From NCBI GenBank assembly GCA_038065235.1, contig JBBTRK010000007.1, positions 1-57,314 on the forward strand: a stretch of DNA of 57,314 nt, given 5' to 3'. Numbering within the stretch: position 1 is the first letter of the stretch; each line of letters opens with the position of its first letter. The notes below the pieces were generated by a model. The model worked only from the letters and a program-made list of their open reading frames with translations, searched no databases and had not been told where the DNA came from. Positions 50,602 through 57,314 of the stretch are shown here, piece by piece. The position numbers were made by a program, and so were the translations under genes. The DNA is from Patescibacteria group bacterium (lineage in GTDB: Bacteria > Patescibacteriota > Patescibacteriia > PEXW01).

Positions 50602-50770
50602 TGTCATTGCGAGCCCGAGCCTTGCGAGGGTGCGGCAATCTCGTTGAACTTCGAGTCCAGCTTGAATTCATCTGTCATCCTGAACTTGGTTCAGGATCTC
50701 GTTAATATAAAGTGAGATGCCGAAACAAGTTCGGCATGACAAATATGTATATACACTCCTCGCAATGACA
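50602..50770 (+). repeat. HP-B element interrupted by an HP-A element
   Basis: Left part TGTCATTGCGAGCCCGAGCC...GAACTTCGAGTCCAGCTTG and right terminus CTCCTCGCAATGACA are separated by an insert that includes the HP-A copy at 50674..50740. Confidence 0.75.
50674..50740 (+). mobile_element. HP-A dual-hairpin element, ORF-less copy nested in HP-B
   Basis: GTCATCCTGAACTTGGTTCAGGATC, TCGTTAATATAAAGTGA, GATGCCGAAACAAGTTCGGCATGAC. Confidence 0.75.
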
Positions 50771-50782
50771 CTGGGGATGGGT

Positions 50783-51691
50783 TTACCGCGGCAAGTTCAC
50801 CCGTGATTGTTTGATTTCTGCGCTAATCTCCGTCCCCATCACGGTCACTTTTAGCCAGTGGAAGTTCTCTTTCACCAGACCGCCGAAGGCTGACTGGATG
50901 GGTTGGCCACCCCCGCCCGAAATGGTCACTGGCACGGTTTGGGTAGCCCGGTTTGTGGCGTCGGTTTGCGTGACCATGGTGAAATCCATGGCAGTGTGGA
51001 TGTGACCGGTGAAGATGTGCTGAACTGGGAACTTCGCCAGGATAGCGAGGAAGCGCTCATTCGTTCCCCGAGACGCTCGGGTTTCGTCATCGCCGAAGAA
51101 GTCTGCCAAGGGGTAGGCGAAGGGGCGATGATAGGCGAGGATGGTGAGTGAGTCAGCAAGTCGGCGAGTCTGCCAGTCAGCTAAATCGCGCTCCAGCCAC
51201 GCCAACTCATCAGCCGGGAAACCAATTTTTCGGTCGGCATTATCCAGGAGGACGAGGTGGAGGTTCTGGATATCGATGCTGCGGGGGAGCGCGCCAAAGG
51301 TAGCTTGGAATGCTTTGCGGTTGCTATCGTCTTTGATGTCGTGGTTGCCGGGGACGGCGTAGACGGGAATAGTGAGGCCGAGCTCGGTATGGAGGGCTTG
51401 GAGGGCTGCCAGTTCGGTGGCCCCACCACGGTTCGTCGTATCGCCAACGTGCAGAAGGAACTGCACATTTCGATCCGCTGCAATTTGCTTGATGAGGTCA
51501 CGGTAGTCGGGGTTGTCACCTTCGTTATCACCCACGACGGCAAAGGTCACCGTTTGCTCACGGCGCACCGTTGAACCGGGGATGAGCGTTGCGACTGTTT
51601 GATTCGGTGCGCCAACGTGCTGGTACCACAGCACCAGGCCGGCGAGGCCGCCGGTCAACGCCAGCACGACGATGAGGTATACTTTACGCAT
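50783..51691 (-). CDS. Membrane-anchored metallophosphoesterase
   Basis: Motifs FAVVGDNEGD, HVGDTTNRG, VPGNHD, LAYHRP and TGHIHT. ATG at 51691 followed by a TM helix. Confidence 0.88.
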   Translation of the reverse strand: MRKVYLIVVLALTGGLAGLVLWYQHVGAPNQTVATLIPGSTVRREQTVTFAVVGDNEGDNPDYRDLIKQIAADRNVQFLLHVGDTTNRGGATELAALQALHTELGLTIPVYAVPGNHDIKDDSNRKAFQATFGALPRSIDIQNLHLVLLDNADRKIGFPADELAWLERDLADWQTRRLADSLTILAYHRPFAYPLADFFGDDETRASRGTNERFLAILAKFPVQHIFTGHIHTAMDFTMVTQTDATNRATQTVPVTISGGGGQPIQSAFGGLVKENFHWLKVTVMGTEISAEIKQSRVNLPR

Positions 51692-51736
51692 GGTTTCTGT
51701 AGCATACCTTGGGTGGTACATATTTAGAACAGGCAC

Positions 51737-51794
51737 CTCCCTCTCCTCTGGCAGGAGAGGGTGCCCCGAGTACGTCGAGGGGCGGGAGAGGAGG
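51737..51794. repeat. HP-D hairpin module (left flank of DUF559 gene)
   Basis: CTCCCTCTCCTCTGGCAGGAGAGGGTGCCCCGAG..GAGGGGCGGGAGAGGAGG. Confidence 0.65.
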
Positions 51795-51805
51795 AAAAAC
51801 GCTCA

Positions 51806-52195
51806 ATGCGTAATTCTTTAACTTCAGTCGCCCGATCATTACGGAAGAGGGAAACACCTTCTGAAAATCGTTTATGGCAGCAGCTCCGAGCAAAGCGGTG
51901 TCTTGGATTTAAGTTTTATCGTCAGTATCCTATTGATCATTACGTTGCTGACCTCTGTTGTCCGCAAAGAAGGTTAATAATTGAAGTTGATGGAGGCGGA
52001 CATGATGAACCAAAACAACACACGAAAGATCACATTAGAGATGCATATATGGAGAGTATCGGTTTTCGAACCCTACGATTTTGGAGTAACAATGTTGAAA
52101 ATAACTTGCAAGGAGTAATGGAAGAAATTCAACGAGCCTTACTAGCCCCTCTCCCTCGTTCCCTCTCCCGCAAAGGGGAGAGGGAGGAGGAATAA
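51806..52195 (+). CDS. DUF559 (Vsr/endonuclease-like) domain protein
   Basis: ENRLWQQLRAKRCLGFKFYRQYPIDHYVADLCCPQRRLIIEVDGGGHD...RDAYMESIGFRTLRFWSNNV. The C-terminal ~20 aa (PLPRSLSRKGEREEE) are read-through into a hairpin repeat. Confidence 0.85.
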   Translation: MRNSLTSVARSLRKRETPSENRLWQQLRAKRCLGFKFYRQYPIDHYVADLCCPQRRLIIEVDGGGHDEPKQHTKDHIRDAYMESIGFRTLRFWSNNVENNLQGVMEEIQRALLAPLPRSLSRKGEREEE

Positions 52196-52225
52196 ACCAG
52201 TGCCCTTCTCCCATGAATGGGGTAA

Positions 52226-54247
<2,022 letters not shown>

Positions 54248-54251
54248 CCCT

Positions 54252-54536
54252 ATGCACCTCTCTGATGAAGACATCGCGCACTTAGGGAAGCTCGCCCGTT
54301 TGGACCTCACTCCAGGCCAGCGACACACGTTCGCCGAGCAACTTTCGGATGTGCTCGATTATCTAGACCAAATAAACCAGGGAGATGCGGGTCAGGTTGC
54401 TGCGCACTTGCCACGGCGTTCCGTGACACCATTAGATTTGCGTGCAGACACCACATCACCATCAGCGAGTGCCGATCTCACTGCGCAAGCACCGCACCGT
54501 GAGGGCAGACTCGTTGCCTCACCACCTACTATTTAG
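54252..54536 (+). CDS. gatC: Asp/Glu-tRNA amidotransferase subunit C
   Basis: IAHLGKLARLDLTPGQ...LSDVLDYLDQI pattern. Lies directly upstream of gatA. Confidence 0.85.
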   Translation: MHLSDEDIAHLGKLARLDLTPGQRHTFAEQLSDVLDYLDQINQGDAGQVAAHLPRRSVTPLDLRADTTSPSASADLTAQAPHREGRLVASPPTI

Positions 54537-54537
54537 T

Positions 54538-56001
54538 ATGGACGTGAAGCACCTATCAATCGTCGAGCTCCACGCGGCATACAGCAAGCGGGAGTTGAGC
54601 GTGGAAGCAGTGACCAGCGCCTACCTAGACAGCATTACGAAACGTGATGGGTCTCTGCACGCGTACCTCACCGTGCTGGGTGAAGCGGCGATGTCTCAGG
54701 CCGACGTGCTGGATGAGCGGCTCCGAAAAGGGGAGAAGCCAACAGGCCTCTTCGGCGTTCCCATCGCTATTAAAGACAATATGTGTTTGGCTGGGACGCG
54801 CACCACTGCCGCGTCGAAAATCCTTGATTCCTACATTGCCCCCTACACCGCCACTGCCGTGCAAAAAGTGACAGACAGCGGCGCGGTTATCTTGGGCAAG
54901 ACCAACCTGGATGAATTTGCCATGGGCTCCTCAACCGAAAATTCCGCTTACCAGCAAACCGCAAACCCGTGGGACACGACGCGTGTTCCCGGCGGCTCGT
55001 CGGGTGGTTCGGCCGTGGCGGTGGCCAGCCAGCAAGCGCTTGTCTCCCTTGGGTCAGATACGGGCGGCTCTATCCGGCAACCCGCTAGTTTGTGCGGCGT
55101 GGTTGGGTTGAAGCCAACCTATGGTCGGGTCTCACGACATGGGCTTATTGCGCTTTCCTCGTCACTCGACCAGATTGGGCCTTTTGCCCGAAATGTTTCA
55201 GACGCGTTCAGCGTATATCAGGCAATCGTTGGCCGTGATGCATACGACGCAACGACTCTGGAGGAAGCAGCGGTAAACCATACGGTGCTTGCAAAGGGTA
55301 TTTCTGGTTTGCGCATTGGCTATTTAGAAGAAGCCATGCTCGAGGGCATGGACGAAGAGGTCATAGCCCGAGTCAAGGAAGCCTTAGCGTTCATGGAGAA
55401 AGCCGGGGCAAAAATTGTACCCCTGACCATCCCCTCGGCGAAGCTCTCCCTGGCGTTGTACTACGTCATTGTTACCAGCGAAGTGTCTTCGAACCTCGCC
55501 CGCTACGACGGGCTTCGGTATGGCGTGGCTCAGTCACCCGTCGGGCCGACATTTGAGAAGTTCACCACCGCAAACCGCAGCCACGGCCTCGGCCAGGAAG
55601 CGCAGCGGCGAAGCATTCTGGGCACGTACACGCTCTCCAAAGGGTACGCTGAAAAGTACTACAACCGGTCGCACGAGCTCATGGACGTGGTGGCACAGGA
55701 CTTCGCCGCAGCGTTCCGTAACGTGGACGTAATTTTTGGTCCCACGACCCCGACCGTGGCGTTCAAGCTGGGGGAGAAGTTCAACGATCCGCTCACCATG
55801 TACCTCTCGGACATATTCACCGTCCCGGCGAACATCGCCAACTTACCTGCAATTTCCATCCCGATTGGCTTTGCCCACAAGCTGCCGGTCGGTGGCCAGT
55901 TCATTGGCCCGCGGTTTGGGGAAGGCGCCATCTTCCAGGCCGCAGCTGGCTACGAAGCCGAGAGCGGGTATATGAACCTTTTAGCCGAGGGATTGGCGTA
56001 A
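54538..56001 (+). CDS. gatA: Asp/Glu-tRNA amidotransferase subunit A
   Basis: Amidase signature GGSSGGSAVAVA...GSDTGGSIRQPA, with KDN...T upstream. ATG 1 nt after the gatC stop. Confidence 0.93.
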   Translation: MDVKHLSIVELHAAYSKRELSVEAVTSAYLDSITKRDGSLHAYLTVLGEAAMSQADVLDERLRKGEKPTGLFGVPIAIKDNMCLAGTRTTAASKILDSYIAPYTATAVQKVTDSGAVILGKTNLDEFAMGSSTENSAYQQTANPWDTTRVPGGSSGGSAVAVASQQALVSLGSDTGGSIRQPASLCGVVGLKPTYGRVSRHGLIALSSSLDQIGPFARNVSDAFSVYQAIVGRDAYDATTLEEAAVNHTVLAKGISGLRIGYLEEAMLEGMDEEVIARVKEALAFMEKAGAKIVPLTIPSAKLSLALYYVIVTSEVSSNLARYDGLRYGVAQSPVGPTFEKFTTANRSHGLGQEAQRRSILGTYTLSKGYAEKYYNRSHELMDVVAQDFAAAFRNVDVIFGPTTPTVAFKLGEKFNDPLTMYLSDIFTVPANIANLPAISIPIGFAHKLPVGGQFIGPRFGEGAIFQAAAGYEAESGYMNLLAEGLA

Positions 56002-56036
56002 TTGCATGAGGGAAAAACCCATGGTAGGGTAAACCT

Positions 56037-56417
56037 ATGGCAACCCCGAAACCCATTGTCGCGCTCATCGAAGACGATCCGCTGATCGCCGAGATGTACA
56101 CGACTAAGTTCACTAAAGAAGGCTACGACATTAGGCACGCCGCGGATGGGGCTGAGGGTTTAGCAATGGTTAAGAAGCAGAAGCCAGATATCATCCTGCT
56201 CGACATCATCATGCCAAAAATGGACGGTTTTCAAGTACTCACCGAGCTTCGGAAAGATGCGAGCTTCAAGAATACGCCAGTCATCATGCTCACTAATCTT
56301 GGCCAGGAAGAAGACGTGAAAAAAGGCCGTGAGCTCGGGGCAACCGACTATTTCATCAAGACCAACTTCACCCCCGCGGCAATCGTGGACAAGGTGAAAG
56401 GTATTCTCAAAGGGTAA
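56037..56417 (+). CDS. Stand-alone receiver (REC-only) response regulator, paralogue of 36934..37377
   Basis: VALIEDD...IILLDIIMPKMDGFQVL...PVIMLTNLGQEEDVKKGRELGATDYFIK. Confidence 0.88.
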   Translation: MATPKPIVALIEDDPLIAEMYTTKFTKEGYDIRHAADGAEGLAMVKKQKPDIILLDIIMPKMDGFQVLTELRKDASFKNTPVIMLTNLGQEEDVKKGRELGATDYFIKTNFTPAAIVDKVKGILKG

Positions 56418-56428
56418 TCCATTTCTCT

Positions 56429-57025
56429 ATGGCAACTCCACACCCACGTGAAGAGCGGACGCTCGTTCTGGTCAAGCCAGACGGCGTGAAGCGTGGCCTT
56501 ATTGGCGACACAATCCATCGCTTTGAGCAGCGGGGTTTGAAGGTCATTGCCCTGAAGATGATTTGGGCGACACGCGAAGAGATGGATAACCACTACCCCA
56601 AGGATGTTGCCTGGACAAGCCGGGTGGGGGAAAAGACGGCGAAGACCTACGAGAAATACGGCTACGATCTTGAAGGCGAGTTAGGAACGACTGACCTTCT
56701 GAAGATTGGCACAATGGTGCGCGGTTGGCTGCTGGATTTTATGATCTCTGGCCCGGTGGTGAAAATGGTCGTGCAGGGTGTTCACGCCGTGGATATGGTG
56801 CGGAAGATTGCTGGTATGACCATGCCCTACATGGCAGATATGGGTACCATTCGCGGCGACTACTCGGTGGATTCCGCAGCTGCGGCGAACAAGGAGAAGC
56901 GCTCGGTGCACAACATCATCCACGCTTCCGAGACGCCAGCAGAAGCCAAGCACGAAATTGCAAACTGGTTTACCGAAGACGAGATTCACGCCTACAAGCG
57001 CATGGAGGAAGATCTGCAGTTCTAA
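56429..57025 (+). CDS. ndk: Nucleoside diphosphate kinase (long form with insertions)
   Basis: ERTLVLVKPDGVKRGLIG...GTIRGDY...NIIHASE (catalytic His). About 45 extra residues compared with 140-150-aa NDKs. Confidence 0.88.
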   Translation: MATPHPREERTLVLVKPDGVKRGLIGDTIHRFEQRGLKVIALKMIWATREEMDNHYPKDVAWTSRVGEKTAKTYEKYGYDLEGELGTTDLLKIGTMVRGWLLDFMISGPVVKMVVQGVHAVDMVRKIAGMTMPYMADMGTIRGDYSVDSAAAANKEKRSVHNIIHASETPAEAKHEIANWFTEDEIHAYKRMEEDLQF

Positions 57026-57032
57026 GCTAGGA

Positions 57033-57063
57033 ATAAAAAAAGAGTGTGATTATGTCACACTCT
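57033..57063. terminator. Hairpin terminator between convergent ndk and a small minus-strand ORF
   Basis: Stem AGAGTGTGA/TCACACTCT with loop TTATG. An A-run on + (T-run on minus) flanks it, so it fits the minus-strand transcript better. It may act in both directions. Confidence 0.6.
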
Positions 57064-57087
57064 TCATGTAGTCATTTGGCGGTACGC

Positions 57088-57195
57088 TTAGCTGCTAAAC
57101 GGCGACCGGCCGCAATTTTTACAAATAAATTTTAGGATGAATACTCGTGAGCCACAGAATGGGCATCGCGTAAAAAATGATCGTAATGCTCGCAT
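57088..57195 (-). CDS. Small zinc-ribbon protein (35 aa), not in the ORF track
   Basis: Minus strand AAAGGAG, 7 nt, ATG. Translation MRALRSFFTRCPFCGSRVFILKFICKNCGRSPFSS has CxxC...CxxC. A promoter lies upstream and a terminator downstream. Confidence 0.45.
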   Translation of the reverse strand: MRALRSFFTRCPFCGSRVFILKFICKNCGRSPFSS

Positions 57196-57227
57196 AACCA
57201 AACTCCTTTCTGTTTTTGTGATTGGTA

Positions 57228-57256
57228 AATCTAGCAGCTTGCGTCAATTTTGTCAA
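57228..57256 (-). promoter_or_regulatory. Possible promoter of the zinc-ribbon ORF
   Basis: Minus strand TTGACA (57256..57251), 17 nt, TAGATT (57233..57228). Confidence 0.4.
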
Positions 57257-57314
57257 GCCGTCCTCTTAGATAATAATAAAGGTTACCAAGAACCTCACGG
57301 ATAGATAATAAATG

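Noticed and set aside
54252-56001. gatC-gatA without gatB
   Set aside because: gatB is encoded separately in many bacteria, so its absence here is not informative within a 57-kb window.
56429-57025. Unusually long NDK (198 aa)
   Set aside because: The catalytic His and core motifs are intact. The insertions look like lineage-specific loops, and nothing suggests a new function.

Overview
This 57.3-kb bacterial window mixes GC-rich housekeeping genes with AT-rich accessory inserts. The housekeeping set is recG, a PIF1-type helicase, clpC-comFC, lemA/htpX, ligA, gatCA and ndk. Gene content suggests a small-genome, Patescibacteria/CPR-like organism; this is inference only. About 24 kb (26.7-50.6 kb) is one type IV pilus supercluster. 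It starts with a 1414-aa secreted protein, then pilM-pilN-pilO, an FN3-repeat protein, pilB, a REC-only regulator, a pilT-like gene and pilC. It continues with two major-pilin paralogues, an O-antigen-ligase-like/TPR protein, a pilin-like gene, pilD and five translationally coupled minor pilins. There are three intact tRNAs (Ser-UGA, Ser-GCU, Arg-GCG) plus tRNA debris. At least four families of hairpin/palindromic repeats (named HP-A to HP-D here) bracket small AT-rich cassette genes: two GIY-YIG genes, a four-helix-bundle gene, DUF559, a heptad coiled-coil ORF, a DinD/Bro-N-like gene and RhuM. Four candidates stand out. (1) An AT-rich, own-promoter pair next to tRNA-Ser(UGA) encodes an intact class II Fic enzyme and an archaeo-eukaryotic primase-SF2 helicase fusion; I propose it as a conflict/defence-like module. 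(2) A 359-bp element carries a GIY-YIG ORF between the same two terminal hairpins that occur as four ORF-less ~65-bp copies elsewhere, one of them nested inside another repeat, which suggests an autonomous/MITE pair. (3) The PilT-like ATPase has substituted Walker A, Asp-box and His-box residues. (4) The dinD-like and rhuM cassettes are bracketed by 201-bp direct repeats of about 97% identity. All family assignments come from motifs read by eye; no database search was possible.
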